A stretch of DNA of 64,000 nt from an uncultured cyanobacterium (GTDB lineage Bacteria > Cyanobacteriota > Cyanobacteriia > PCC-9006 > JAAUQQ01): positions 3,936,001 through 4,000,000 of the forward strand of contig OY970368.1 of the NCBI GenBank assembly GCA_963718615.1. Direction: 5' to 3'. How positions within the stretch are numbered: the first letter of the stretch is position 1; every line of letters begins with the position of its first letter. Below the pieces are notes generated by a model, which saw nothing but the letters and a program-made list of their open reading frames with translations, had not been told where the DNA came from and searched no databases. The position numbers and the translations under genes are program-made. This document shows, one piece after another, positions 52,841-63,463 of the stretch.

Positions 52841-53704
52841 CTAGGAAACAGGTGTCACGCTAGCAATCACGCCACCTTCCCGATGCACGCGCTGATAGGT
52901 CGCAGACAACTGGTCAAAGGGAACTAGATAAACTTTGTTGCTACGGCGGAATTTAGAAACCCGATTGACCACATTAGCGCGGTAGGAGGTGACTTCAACC
53001 CGATAAACCTTGCCATTGGAGCTGGCCCCAAAGCCTTGACGAGTTGCGGCACCCAGCGGTGGTGATTGAAACAAAGCGCCAGCACTGGCGGGCGATTTGA
53101 TCGTTGTGGCTTTGCCGTTGATCACAAGACCATTTAACCGAGGCTTCTTACCCGACAAATTGCCCTTGAGGCTGCTGCTCGAAGAGCCGCGAACTAACTC
53201 AAAGAAATGGGTAAACTGAACCATACTGGTGCAGGCTTCTGTCTTATACCCCCGTAGATAGGGAACCGTATTTTCGCCAAAGGTGTCCTGGTATTCAGCG
53301 CTATCAATATAGGAATCTATATCCGATTCAAACCCTTGGGCATCCAAAATGGTGCTGTGAGCGCGCATTTCTTCTAGATCGTAAGGGGCACGACCGAGGA
53401 GATGACGGAACGCTAACTCGATATAGCGGTAGCGAGCACAACTCTCAAAAAAACGGGAACGATAGAGCGCCGACTGAGCCACCTGACGCACAAATTCACG
53501 AACGCTGATTTCACCGCTTTTGAACTGCGATTCAGGGATAGAAAGCCGCTCACTTTCCATCACATAGGCATTGCCTAGGACCTGACGATAGACGGCCTGA
53601 ATGACGGTTTCTGCTTCGTCAGGGGAATAACCGGGGAGCAACTCCACGGGGGGTGTCTCATCAAAACGAGCGACCCCCAGTTGGGATGCAGGTCCAAATG
53701 GCAT
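52841..53704 (-). CDS. cpeC: Phycoerythrin rod linker CpeC
   Basis: MPFGPAS.LGV..F.ET.P.E N-terminus; SKFRRSN.VY.VPFDQLS..YQR.H.EGGVIAS.TPV. Confidence 0.92.
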   Translation of the reverse strand: MPFGPASQLGVARFDETPPVELLPGYSPDEAETVIQAVYRQVLGNAYVMESERLSIPESQFKSGEISVREFVRQVAQSALYRSRFFESCARYRYIELAFRHLLGRAPYDLEEMRAHSTILDAQGFESDIDSYIDSAEYQDTFGENTVPYLRGYKTEACTSMVQFTHFFELVRGSSSSSLKGNLSGKKPRLNGLVINGKATTIKSPASAGALFQSPPLGAATRQGFGASSNGKVYRVEVTSYRANVVNRVSKFRRSNKVYLVPFDQLSATYQRVHREGGVIASVTPVS

Positions 53705-53880
53705 TGAAACTGTCTCCTAATCGGGTATTAACACAAGTTTATTGAATAAAGAGAAAAGCTCTTCTAAGAAAGAAAATTGCAAGTCTCTTTTTGATTCTAA
53801 AGTGAGCCTGTCAACTCAGCTAACCTCTACGCCTCGATGAAGATCAAAGGAGAAAACGGCAAACTGATTTTTGGAACTCC

Positions 53881-53915
53881 ACCAGGGTTTGTGCAGTAAC
53901 TGTGCAAACCCTGGT
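53881..53915. other. Inverted repeat (stem-loop) between cpcL and cpeC
   Basis: ACCAGGGTTTG-TGCAGTAACTGTG-CAAACCCTGGT; could be a 5' leader hairpin or a processing site. Confidence 0.55.
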
Positions 53916-54055
53916 TAGCTCTCATAATAGGGACTTATTAACCCCAGAAAGCTTAAGAAATGTAACCTTTTTGTTTCTCTCTAGTAACTTTTCTTGAATT
54001 CCTGGGGTTGGGGGGCTTGATCTGCTTAGGGGTTAGATCCGCATCAGAGTGGGAT

Positions 54056-54811
54056 TTAGAGCGGTATGAGGCCGAAGGCGGACAGGGCGATCGCCCCCAC
54101 CAATGCAGCCAGAAGCGCTGCGCCTGTGTAGGTAATCGCGGCTCCGACCTGAGCCAATTCCTTTGGCGGATTGTTCTGCCAAGCCCAACGGGTTGCGCCT
54201 GGAATTCGGCTCAATCCTTGCAGGTAGCCCAGATCTTCGAGTTTGACCCGATATTCTGCGGTATAGCGCGGCATATGCTCAAAGGAAACTTCCCCTATAG
54301 CCCGCTGGGGCAAAACCCGACGTCGCTGATAGGGAACTGTGTCATCTCCAAAGCTGGTTGCATACTCTTCGCTGTTGAGGAGCGCATCCACAAAGCCGTT
54401 GAGGCCTTGGGTTGCAAGCACAATCGACCAAGCCTGAGCTTCCCGCGCGTTGTGAATGTCGCGGCCCAAGAGGCGTTGAACACAGAGCTGAACAAACCGA
54501 TAATTGCTGTTGCAGTCGTAGTTGTTGGCCCGGAAGGGATAGGACGTGGCTAAACCACGAATGAACTCTCGCACCGTGATTTGGCCCCTGCGTAGCTGGG
54601 ATTCGAGGTAGGTTTGGCGGTTTTGTTTGAGCATTTGCTGCTCATGGAAAACTTGGCGATAGGCTGCCCAGATCAGGTCATCGACCTCGTTGGCAGACCG
54701 TAACGCTTCCATTGAATACTGATAAAGATGCTCATCTCCGGGTACTTCAAAACCTTGCACCCGAACGTTTTGAGCGTTCAGGGGATAATCCAATAAAGGG
54801 AGGGACATCAT
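54056..54811 (-). CDS. cpcL: Rod-membrane linker CpcL (CpcG2 type)
   Basis: CpcG-type N-terminus MSLPLLDY...QN.RV.G.EV, VPYQRRR.L, and hydrophobic C-terminal helix AAITYTGAALLAALVGAIALSAFGLIPL. Confidence 0.88.
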   Translation of the reverse strand: MMSLPLLDYPLNAQNVRVQGFEVPGDEHLYQYSMEALRSANEVDDLIWAAYRQVFHEQQMLKQNRQTYLESQLRRGQITVREFIRGLATSYPFRANNYDCNSNYRFVQLCVQRLLGRDIHNAREAQAWSIVLATQGLNGFVDALLNSEEYATSFGDDTVPYQRRRVLPQRAIGEVSFEHMPRYTAEYRVKLEDLGYLQGLSRIPGATRWAWQNNPPKELAQVGAAITYTGAALLAALVGAIALSAFGLIPL

Positions 54812-55253
54812 TAAACTCCTCTTCGATAAAAAGTGGTTAACGGTAAAAGCAATTGGCTTAAAAAAATCTAAAATTGGCCTCAAATCAGTCTTAATGTGGA
54901 AGGGTCAAGACTGATTGCCAGGGTAAAACTAAGCACATATACTCAATTTTCCCCCTGGCGACATTTAGCATAGGCAAATGTGCCAGGGTCTGCACACAAC
55001 GATATAAAAAGTCATCTACTCTCAGATAGAGATAAGGGGCAGGGCGATCGCCTTCTCCCCTTTCTCTAAAAAATTGCTCTTACCATTGAGAGTGCCTGAT
55101 TCGATTGGCTAAGGACTTCAGAGCTTATCTATGGTTTAGGTGAGTTTTGGTCAATCCTTTAAGCGGTCTCCAAAATCTGAGAGGTTAGAACAAAACTTCA
55201 TGACAAATTGCTTGCGATCGCCTGCCCTCAGTTGACAACCTACTCGTTGACCC

Positions 55254-56030
55254 CTAGCAGTCTTCTTCTGGAATCACCAAAGGTCCCAAACTATCGCGGG
55301 TAGTTCGGCGGGTGAACGTGTTCCAGGTATTGAGATCTTCGGGCGGTTGATAGAGCAAGTTGGCCCGTGCAGCCTCCGAAAGCCCTTGGGCCATGGAAAA
55401 ATCGGCTCCCGCTAAGTTGGGAATGTGATTAAATTCAGCGTCCGTTAGGTCTGCGGCTCGAAAATCCACTCGTTGGATCTGCGCTCCATTCAGCCGCGCC
55501 TGACGCAGACAAGCTCCCACAAACGTCACCCGGCGCAAATCGGCACCACTCAGCGAGGCATTGGTTAGATTTGCCTCGGTAAAATCGGCACCGCTGAGAT
55601 AGGCCCCGAGAAAATTGGCCCCTTCCAGATCCGCCCCCCGCAAATTTGCGCCGTTGAGATAGGCTCCCATCAATTGAGCGCCGGGGCCGACGGCTCCCGA
55701 TTTTTGGTACTCAAAGCCCTCGGGCCATTGGGTGTGGCGATCGTACTGAGCAACTTTGAGATTTGCGCCTTCGAGTTGAGCCCCCGTCAAATTAGCTCCT
55801 TGGAAATTGGCCCGATTCAAGACGGCACCGCTGAAATTGGCGTTTTGCAAATTTGCCCCCCTCAAATCGGCCCCCCGCAAATCGGCTTCTGTTAGATCGG
55901 CCCCCGTCAAATTGGCTTCGCTCAAATCTGCATGGGTCAGCGTGGCCTGTTGCAGATTTGCTCCCGCTAAATCCGCACCGTTGAAATTGGCCTCGTAGAG
56001 ATCCTGTCCCGCTAAGTCCGTTCCAGTCAT
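55254..56030 (-). CDS. Pentapeptide repeat protein
   Basis: Two tracts of A(D/N)LxG pentapeptides. Confidence 0.93.
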   Translation of the reverse strand: MTGTDLAGQDLYEANFNGADLAGANLQQATLTHADLSEANLTGADLTEADLRGADLRGANLQNANFSGAVLNRANFQGANLTGAQLEGANLKVAQYDRHTQWPEGFEYQKSGAVGPGAQLMGAYLNGANLRGADLEGANFLGAYLSGADFTEANLTNASLSGADLRRVTFVGACLRQARLNGAQIQRVDFRAADLTDAEFNHIPNLAGADFSMAQGLSEAARANLLYQPPEDLNTWNTFTRRTTRDSLGPLVIPEEDC

Positions 56031-56105
56031 ACCACCTCAAAAAAGAAATCCAAAAAGAAATTAAACTAAGTCCTGTGGATTCATCCTGTAAATCTGTAAT
56101 TTCCC

Positions 56106-56699
56106 ATGGTACGCTTCATCCCGCCCATGACGATGATAGACTTCTTTCGCAAAAGTGAAGGAACCTGGTTTATTCAACGAACGGTTCATCATTTTGATTC
56201 CACCGATGACGAATCCGGTGAATCGAATTTAATCATTCAAGTGTTAGAAACCGATGCAGAAAAGGTGCAGGAAATCGCAGCACAGCGAGGCTTAGACGCT
56301 GGAAAATTTTCCGGTGGTGCAAGGTTTTCTTGGCAATCAGTTTTGTCCGATGCGCCCCCTAATGATAAATACGCAGCGGTTTTGATTGACCTCCCTGACG
56401 ATGAAAACGGTCGCAGCGGCAAACTGTTTCGGGACCAGGGCTATGTGGAAAGTATGCCTGTGATTAGCCGTTATCGTTTTGCCGAAGATGGCCTGCTGAC
56501 CATTTCAACGGATTATGAAAACAGCCAAGGGCAAGAGCGCTGCTGGTTTGTTTCCGATGATTTTCGGGTGCGGGTCAGTACGGTGCGCATGATGGGGGGC
56601 GTCAACCTCATGACCTACTGTTCCGAGTTTCGCTGCATTTCGGATCAGGCCCTAGAAGCCATGGTGGCCCGTAACCGTAGGCTTGCAAGCCAGGGCTAG
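56106..56699 (+). CDS. cpeU: S/U-type bilin lyase CpeU
   Basis: PPMTM.DFFRKSEG.W..QR.VHHFD...DESGESN, GYVE, ERCWF, MTYCSE; precedes pebAB. Confidence 0.8.
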   Translation: MVRFIPPMTMIDFFRKSEGTWFIQRTVHHFDSTDDESGESNLIIQVLETDAEKVQEIAAQRGLDAGKFSGGARFSWQSVLSDAPPNDKYAAVLIDLPDDENGRSGKLFRDQGYVESMPVISRYRFAEDGLLTISTDYENSQGQERCWFVSDDFRVRVSTVRMMGGVNLMTYCSEFRCISDQALEAMVARNRRLASQG

Positions 56700-56834
56700 C
56701 ATGGCCCCAATCCCCAAAGCCCAGGGTTCAATGTTGTGTTACGGATTATTACTTTGTTTAATCTTCAGCGGGACAGCCCTCCGAGCAATCTCCTATGCTC
56801 GACTCTGTCATTTGAACCCTTGAGCTGGCCACTC

Positions 56835-57560
56835 ATGTATAAACCTTTCCAACAGTATTTAGAGCAGTCCCTGTTCGAGAATTTTGATTTGCAGTCGGAG
56901 CCGATTCCGGTCGGACTCGATCGCAATGTTTCTGATCGGGGCAAAAGTCCTGCAACGATCCAAAGCTGGTGTTATAGCTCCCCAGAACTTCGCAAGATCC
57001 GCTATACCTATATCGATGCGGGTGAGGCCGCGCAGGTGTTTAACAGCGTGATCTATCCGGCTCATTGTTATGATGCACCGTTGCTTGGTATTGATCTACT
57101 TTCCTTTGGCAAAAAGAAAATTCTGGTGGTAATCGATTTTCAGCCCCTATTTCGGGATGCTGTATACCAAGCGAAATACGTCGCACCAATGCGAGAAATG
57201 TATGAACGCTATACGGATTTGGCGCAGAATTTGGGCATGAAATTCTACGATGCCAATCAGTATTTTTCCAACTATTTGCTGTTTGCTAAAACCGATGCAG
57301 AGACCGTTGAAAGTCGGGTTTTTCCGGCATTTTGTGATTATGTGAATCAGTACTGGATGCTGCTTCAACAGGCCGATCGATTAACAGATCCTTCAGATAT
57401 TCAACGCGTTGTCAAAGCCCAAAAAGACTACGACCAATACAGCGCTGAACGGGATCCAGCCCATGGGTTATTTAGCAGTTATTTTGGCAGCGAATGGGCC
57501 GATCGCTTCCTCTATGAATTCTTGTTTGCAGATGCAGTGCCCTTGGCGGTGAGCCATTAG
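56835..57560 (+). CDS. pebA: 15,16-dihydrobiliverdin:ferredoxin oxidoreductase
   Basis: RKIRYTYIDAG..AQVFNSVIYP, LLGIDLLSFG, DFQPL, YDQYSAERDPAHGLF.SYFG. Confidence 0.93.
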   Translation: MYKPFQQYLEQSLFENFDLQSEPIPVGLDRNVSDRGKSPATIQSWCYSSPELRKIRYTYIDAGEAAQVFNSVIYPAHCYDAPLLGIDLLSFGKKKILVVIDFQPLFRDAVYQAKYVAPMREMYERYTDLAQNLGMKFYDANQYFSNYLLFAKTDAETVESRVFPAFCDYVNQYWMLLQQADRLTDPSDIQRVVKAQKDYDQYSAERDPAHGLFSSYFGSEWADRFLYEFLFADAVPLAVSH

Positions 57561-57563
57561 TCT

Positions 57564-58301
57564 ATGACTATTTATCAACCCTTTTTAGACCACGCGATCG
57601 CCACCCTCCAAGCCCAGCTCGATCTTTCTCCCTATCCCATTCCTGCGGGATTTGAAAGGAAAGTTGGCACCACAGGACCTAAAAATAATCCTCAGGAAGT
57701 CGTGACCACCAGCCATGCCTACGCCTCTCCTAAGCTGCGGCAAATCCGCGCAGCCCATGTGGAAGGGGGGAGCGGTTTGCAGGTGCTCAATTTTGTGATT
57801 TTTCCCCATCTAGAATACGATTTACCCTTTTTTGGGGCGGATTTAGTGACGCTGCCTGGTGGTCATTTGATTGCTCTGGATATGCAACCGCTCTTTCATA
57901 CGGAGGCTTACAAGGCCAAGTACACCGAACCCCTCTGGGAGACGTTTAAGCACTATCAAAAGGATTTGCCCTGGGGGGGGGATTTTCCTGAAGAGGCCCA
58001 GCCCTTTTTCTCGCCTGCCTTTCTATGGACCCGGCCTAGTGCAACCGAGACCGTTGAGACGACAGTATTTGAAGCCTTTAAGGCCTATCTCGACCAATAT
58101 ATTGCCTATGTCCAAGGGGCAAAACCGGCTCCGGAATCCGAATGGGACGCGATTCAGCAATCCCATCTGGCCTATTTGCACTATCGGGCGGAAAAGGATC
58201 CGGCACGGGGCATGTTGACCCGATTTTATGGACCGGAATGGACCGAGGAATATATCCACGGATTTTTATTCGACTTGGAGCGCAAGCTGGCGGCGGCCTA
58301 G
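57564..58301 (+). CDS. pebB: Phycoerythrobilin:ferredoxin oxidoreductase
   Basis: [53 protein letters not shown]. Confidence 0.94.
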   Translation: MTIYQPFLDHAIATLQAQLDLSPYPIPAGFERKVGTTGPKNNPQEVVTTSHAYASPKLRQIRAAHVEGGSGLQVLNFVIFPHLEYDLPFFGADLVTLPGGHLIALDMQPLFHTEAYKAKYTEPLWETFKHYQKDLPWGGDFPEEAQPFFSPAFLWTRPSATETVETTVFEAFKAYLDQYIAYVQGAKPAPESEWDAIQQSHLAYLHYRAEKDPARGMLTRFYGPEWTEEYIHGFLFDLERKLAAA

Positions 58302-58410
58302 GACGGGCTGTAATGCAACCCTGACAAAAAAGTGAGCGGGGGGAGCCCAGAAACTTATAGATTCGTTACACTTGTTAATGTAATGACTCATATTTGTTTC
58401 GGCTATCGCC

Positions 58411-58953
58411 ATGCTCACCAGTCAAACCTTGCTTTCTGCGATCGCCCAAGTCTTTCGCCCTAGCCAACTCTCCTCTAACCGCACCGTTCAGCTCTCGATC
58501 GCCCTCCTGCGCGTCGTTGCCGGTATTGTCATGGTTCACAATGGTCTTGACAAACTGGGCAATGTGGAAAGCTTCGCGGCAGCCTATGTGGCGGTCATTG
58601 GGCTGCCCTTCCCGATTTTCTTTACCTACGTGGCTGCCTTTACCGAACTGCTGGCAGCTCCTCTACTGGCGATCGGCTTCCTGACCCGGCCCGCAGCCCT
58701 GGGACTGTTTGCTACGATGGTAGTAGCCATGTACCATCATATCAAAGTCGCCGGTTTGAGTATTCCCTATCTCGAACTGTCTGCGCTTTACGCCGCTTGT
58801 TTCCAGTACTTTTTAATCGCTGGAGCCGGACTATTTTCAGTCGATGCGATTATTGCAGGTTGGATAGACTTAGAAATGGGCGATCGCCAGCGGCATGCCA
58901 TTGCAGCCCAACCCCCAGAGGAAATCGCCGGGGAAACCGCAGCCCAGCGTTAA
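58411..58953 (+). CDS. DoxX family membrane protein
   Basis: LLRV..G..M.HNG..KL, G.LTR.AA, GAG.FS.D. Confidence 0.87.
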   Translation: MLTSQTLLSAIAQVFRPSQLSSNRTVQLSIALLRVVAGIVMVHNGLDKLGNVESFAAAYVAVIGLPFPIFFTYVAAFTELLAAPLLAIGFLTRPAALGLFATMVVAMYHHIKVAGLSIPYLELSALYAACFQYFLIAGAGLFSVDAIIAGWIDLEMGDRQRHAIAAQPPEEIAGETAAQR

Positions 58954-59044
58954 GGTTTGCGGAACCAAAATCCCTGCTGCTCCCAGCGACCCTCGAAACA
59001 ATCTGAAATAATAGAGCCAGGATTCAGTACCGAGGAAAATCAGC

Positions 59045-59914
59045 GTGACGGTTAAGCCAGATTGGTTACGGGTCAAAGCGCCCCAATGGGAACGAGTGGG
59101 CACTGTCAAGGACATTTTGCGAGATCTCGATCTCAACACCGTTTGTGAGGAAGCCTCCTGTCCCAACATTGGCGAATGCTTTAACAACGGCACGGCGACG
59201 TTTTTGATCATGGGACCGGCCTGCACCCGCGCCTGTCCCTACTGCGATATTAATTTCGAGAAAAAACCCCAGGCCCTTGACCCCACCGAGCCGACCCGTC
59301 TCGCCGAAGCCGTACGCCGGATGCAGCTCAACCATGTGGTGATTACCTCGGTGAACCGTGATGATTTGCCCGATGGGGGAGCCCACCAGTTCGCGGCTTG
59401 CATTACTGCCGTGCGTGCCGCTTCGCCCGGTACGACCATCGAAGTTCTGATTCCTGACCTTTGCGGTAACTGGGACGCCCTGGCCATCATTTTGGCAGCC
59501 CATCCTGAGGTCATGAATCACAACACTGAAACCGTGCCCCGGCTCTATCGGCGGACTCGACCCCAGGGAGACTATGGGCGATCGCTCGAACTCCTCCGCC
59601 GCTCCCACGAATTGGCTCCCCAAAGTTATACCAAATCTGGCATCATGACAGGTCTCGGTGAAACCGACGAAGAGATTCGGGCTGTCATGCGAGACCTACG
59701 CGCAGTGAACTGCGATATCCTTACCCTGGGGCAATATCTTCAGCCCACCCAAAAACATTTAGGCGTCGATCGCTTTATTCGTCCCGAGGAATTTGATGCC
59801 TGGCGCGACTATGGAGAATCCATCGGCTTTTTGCAAGTCATTGCCTCCCCCCTGACTCGCAGCTCCTACCATGCGGAGCAGGTCCGCCTGTTGATCGCAA
59901 AACATCCTCGCTAG
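59045..59914 (+). CDS. lipA: Lipoyl synthase
   Basis: [12 protein letters not shown], radical [17 protein letters not shown]. Confidence 0.96.
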   Translation: MTVKPDWLRVKAPQWERVGTVKDILRDLDLNTVCEEASCPNIGECFNNGTATFLIMGPACTRACPYCDINFEKKPQALDPTEPTRLAEAVRRMQLNHVVITSVNRDDLPDGGAHQFAACITAVRAASPGTTIEVLIPDLCGNWDALAIILAAHPEVMNHNTETVPRLYRRTRPQGDYGRSLELLRRSHELAPQSYTKSGIMTGLGETDEEIRAVMRDLRAVNCDILTLGQYLQPTQKHLGVDRFIRPEEFDAWRDYGESIGFLQVIASPLTRSSYHAEQVRLLIAKHPR

Positions 59915-60812
59915 ACCCGTGAGCCTTGATTGACAATTAGGTCTTGTAATTAGTTGCAGACGCATCCTGAAAGAATCGCGATTATTTTTCTCTAGGGCGC
60001 TGCGAATAAGCAAGCTTGTTACACAATCCCCTCAAAACCATAGTTTTTGTCAATTTATTCTGCGAAAACCATAGACTACTGTCGAGGTAATCAGACCGGT
60101 GGGGATCGGAAATTTGCGAATTCTTTGACAAAATTTGAGTAATTCGGGATACCTGACGGGAATCATACATTACCGTCAGGATGAAAGTGAATTACTCAAG
60201 ATCTTTGCCCGAGCCATCGCTCAAGGGTCGCCGTGGCAATCACTCCCGCGATTTTGCGGTGCTGAGAATTCACAACCTCTTACACTTGACAGCCCCCACA
60301 GAGTCAAGTCATTTCACGTCTGACCCCTATTTCATCATTCTTTGAAGAACCTTTTAATGTCACCCGGAAAGGGCCCCCCACTTTCTGCAAGCTTGCTTTA
60401 CCTTATATAAGGGCCAAGGGCAATTGGCCCATCGAGTGATAACCCAGAACGAAGCAGAAGGCTTGTAGAACTTTTGAACTTGTCTAATTTTTATTTGAAA
60501 TCAGAGCAGGTCAAACGTTCTAATTCTGAGTGCCAAAAACTCACGCAATTGTAGTTTTCTTGCGAAATGCATCCCCCCTAGGCGTGCAACTTTTGTCAGA
60601 AAAGCTACAATCAAAAAACCGTCTGAACGTCAAACGTGAATACACAGAGGTCCAGAACAAATAAATGTGTCCTAAGGCTTAAAGGCTCATTAGATTTACG
60701 GTATTCAACCGAAATCCAGGAGCATTTTGTCGCACGACACGATTGTCTGGTTTCCACTCCTGGCATTTAGTCTTAAGTCTTCTATCTATTTAAGGAGAAC
60801 GAGGAACGCAGC

Positions 60813-61991
60813 ATGACCCAGGCCAATAATTTACTGGCTTCCCTGATTCAACCTGAGACTGATGTAACTGAGTCCTTCTCGTCAGGTCCTTCATCTACAG
60901 CAAAACCTTCAGATCTAATTGAGATCGAGGTCGATGATGATGGAGATCTCGACGAAGAACCAGGCTTTGATAATCAGCTCGCTGAAGATGATAAAACTGG
61001 TAAGAATAAGTCTTCCCGTCGAAAAACCCAGGCGAAAAAGAAGCACTATACCGAAGACTCCATTCGTCTTTATCTGCAAGAAATTGGCCGCATCCGTTTG
61101 CTGCGTGCGGATGAGGAAATTGAGCTGGCGCGGAAAATTGCCGATTTGCTGGAGCTGGAGCGAATTCGGGAGAGTTTGGGCGATCGCCTAGAACGTGAAC
61201 CCCGCGATGCGGAATGGGCTGAGGCCGTTGATATGGCGCTGCCTGCCTTCCAGCGTCGTCTGTACCAAGGCCGCAAAGCCAAGGAAAAGATGGTGCAGTC
61301 GAACCTGCGGTTGGTGGTGTCGATTGCCAAGAAATATATGAACCGGGGTCTGTCGTTCCAGGATTTGATCCAGGAAGGCAGTTTGGGTCTGATTCGGGCC
61401 GCTGAGAAATTTGACCATGAAAAGGGTTATAAGTTCTCGACCTATGCGACTTGGTGGATTCGTCAGGCGATTACGCGGGCGATCGCAGACCAGTCCCGCA
61501 CTATCCGCCTACCGGTTCACCTTTACGAAACCATTTCTCGAATCAAAAAAACCACCAAGCTGCTCTCCCAGGAAATGGGCCGCAAGCCGACGGAGGAAGA
61601 AATCGCCACTCGCATGGAAATGACCATCGAGAAGCTGCGGTTTATCGCCAAGTCTGCCCAGTTGCCAATTTCCTTGGAAACGCCAATTGGTAAGGAAGAG
61701 GATTCTCGTTTGGGCGACTTTATTGAGTCCGATGGCGAAACGCCGGAAGACCAGGTGTCCAAGAGTCTACTGCGGGAAGACCTCGAAAGCGTCCTCAGCA
61801 CCCTCAGCCCCCGCGAACGCGATGTCCTGCGTTTGCGCTACGGACTGGATGATGGCCGCATGAAGACCCTGGAAGAAATCGGCCAGATCTTCAACGTGAC
61901 CCGCGAGCGTATTCGCCAAATCGAAGCGAAAGCCCTGCGCAAGCTGCGCCATCCCAACCGCAACAGCGTCCTGAAAGAATACATCCGATAG
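60813..61991 (+). CDS. rpoD: Primary RNA polymerase sigma factor SigA/RpoD
   Basis: [64 protein letters not shown]. Confidence 0.97.
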   Translation: MTQANNLLASLIQPETDVTESFSSGPSSTAKPSDLIEIEVDDDGDLDEEPGFDNQLAEDDKTGKNKSSRRKTQAKKKHYTEDSIRLYLQEIGRIRLLRADEEIELARKIADLLELERIRESLGDRLEREPRDAEWAEAVDMALPAFQRRLYQGRKAKEKMVQSNLRLVVSIAKKYMNRGLSFQDLIQEGSLGLIRAAEKFDHEKGYKFSTYATWWIRQAITRAIADQSRTIRLPVHLYETISRIKKTTKLLSQEMGRKPTEEEIATRMEMTIEKLRFIAKSAQLPISLETPIGKEEDSRLGDFIESDGETPEDQVSKSLLREDLESVLSTLSPRERDVLRLRYGLDDGRMKTLEEIGQIFNVTRERIRQIEAKALRKLRHPNRNSVLKEYIR

Positions 61992-62044
61992 GAAACGCAT
62001 CTATCCCTCTAAAGAACGGTAAACCGTTTACCTCCGTAGGGACC

Positions 62045-62081
62045 CCGTAGGGACGTTCAGCAGAGCGTCCCTATGGTTTTT
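62045..62081 (+). terminator. Stem-loop terminator between convergent rpoD and the sugar ABC gene
   Basis: CCGTAGGGACG-N10-CGTCCCTATGG followed by TTTTT. Confidence 0.7.
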
Positions 62082-62130
62082 CTGGAATGGAACGCCAATT
62101 GATCGGAATTTGTATTTACGCAGCCTCGCT

Positions 62131-63372
62131 TTACGCAGAGGGTCCTGGAAAAATTGCCAGACCCGTTCCCGGTTGGAACAAATGAATTTTTTCAGAACGA
62201 ATCGTCAGCCAAAGAATTTCTCCGGGCTTCACCGGTTGGTCTGGGGCCAGCCGAGCCTGAATCAGCTCTGTCGAATCTAATAGCGTTCCTGCTACATAGG
62301 TTTCACTGCCGATCGCCTCCACTTGGTGAACCCGCACCGGCAAATTTTTCGTCGCTGGAGGCCCGAACTGCAAATGCTCCGGACGAATCCCCAGCAACAC
62401 CGTCTTGCCGTCGTAGTCTTCCAAGACATAGGTCCATGCATCGGGCAGCGTCATGCGGAACTGCTCATGGATGGCCATGCGGGGTGTTTTGATTTGAATC
62501 GGAATAAAGTTCATCGGTGGTGAACCAATGAACGAGGCCACAAACTGGTTCACCGGACGTTCATAGAGCTCTAGGGGCGGCCCGACCTGCTGAATTTGTC
62601 CCTCTGCCATCACCGCAATGCGCTGGCCCATGGTCATGGCTTCGATTTGATCGTGAGTCACATAAATCGTCGTTGTGCCCAACTGCCGCTGGAGGCTGAC
62701 AATTTGTGCCCGTGTTTCTGCTCGCAGTTTGGCATCAAGGTTGGACAGGGGTTCATCCATCAAAAAGACTTGAGGGTTGCGGGCGATCGCCCGACCCAAG
62801 GCCACCCGCTGCTTTTGCCCCCCCGAAAGCTGTTTGGGTAATCGATGCAACAAGCCATCAATCTGCAACATTTGGGCCACGCGAGAAATATGTTCCTTAA
62901 TCACCTGCTCCTGCTCCGGTCGATAGCGCAGGGATTTAGGGAGCGATCGCGTGCTACTCACCAACAGCCGATCCGCCCAGTCTGGCAAATTAGGATTTAC
63001 GGGTTCCGCCGCTGCTGCTGCCATGCGTCGCAAACCAAAGGCCAAATTGTCATAGACTGTCAGATGAGGATAAAGAGCATAGTTTTGAAACACCATGGCG
63101 ATGTCGCGGGCCTTGGGGGGGAGGTCATTGATGAGGCGATCGCCCACCCAAATATTACCGCCGGTTAATTCTTCCAACCCTGCAATGAGCCGCAGTAGCG
63201 TACTTTTGCCACAGCCCGAGGGACCGACGAGAACCATAAATTCGCCATCTTCGATCGCCAGATTAATCCGTCGCAGCACGCTCACCCGACTGGGAGCCGA
63301 GGTCTCCGCCTTGCGACGCCCCTGACGTGCCGGAAAACTTTTGTAGACGTCTTCAAAAACTACCTTAGCCAC
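62131..63372 (-). CDS. Sugar ABC transporter ATP-binding protein (MalK/UgpC-like)
   Basis: GPSGCGKS, VFQNYALYPH, LSGGQKQR, DEPLSNLDAKLR, GIRPEH, TOBE tail. Confidence 0.93.
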   Translation of the reverse strand: MAKVVFEDVYKSFPARQGRRKAETSAPSRVSVLRRINLAIEDGEFMVLVGPSGCGKSTLLRLIAGLEELTGGNIWVGDRLINDLPPKARDIAMVFQNYALYPHLTVYDNLAFGLRRMAAAAAEPVNPNLPDWADRLLVSSTRSLPKSLRYRPEQEQVIKEHISRVAQMLQIDGLLHRLPKQLSGGQKQRVALGRAIARNPQVFLMDEPLSNLDAKLRAETRAQIVSLQRQLGTTTIYVTHDQIEAMTMGQRIAVMAEGQIQQVGPPLELYERPVNQFVASFIGSPPMNFIPIQIKTPRMAIHEQFRMTLPDAWTYVLEDYDGKTVLLGIRPEHLQFGPPATKNLPVRVHQVEAIGSETYVAGTLLDSTELIQARLAPDQPVKPGEILWLTIRSEKIHLFQPGTGLAIFPGPSA

Positions 63373-63463
63373 GATGACAGTCCTGGCCCACAGTTCGCCA
63401 GCAGAAGAATTACGAACAGCTTACAATTAGATGACTAAAAGCGCGTGAAGCGTGCCAGAGGCT

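Noticed and set aside
56040-56062. AAAGAAAT repeat as a possible CcaR G-box
   Set aside because: 12-bp period rather than 11, poor match, and it abuts the RBS
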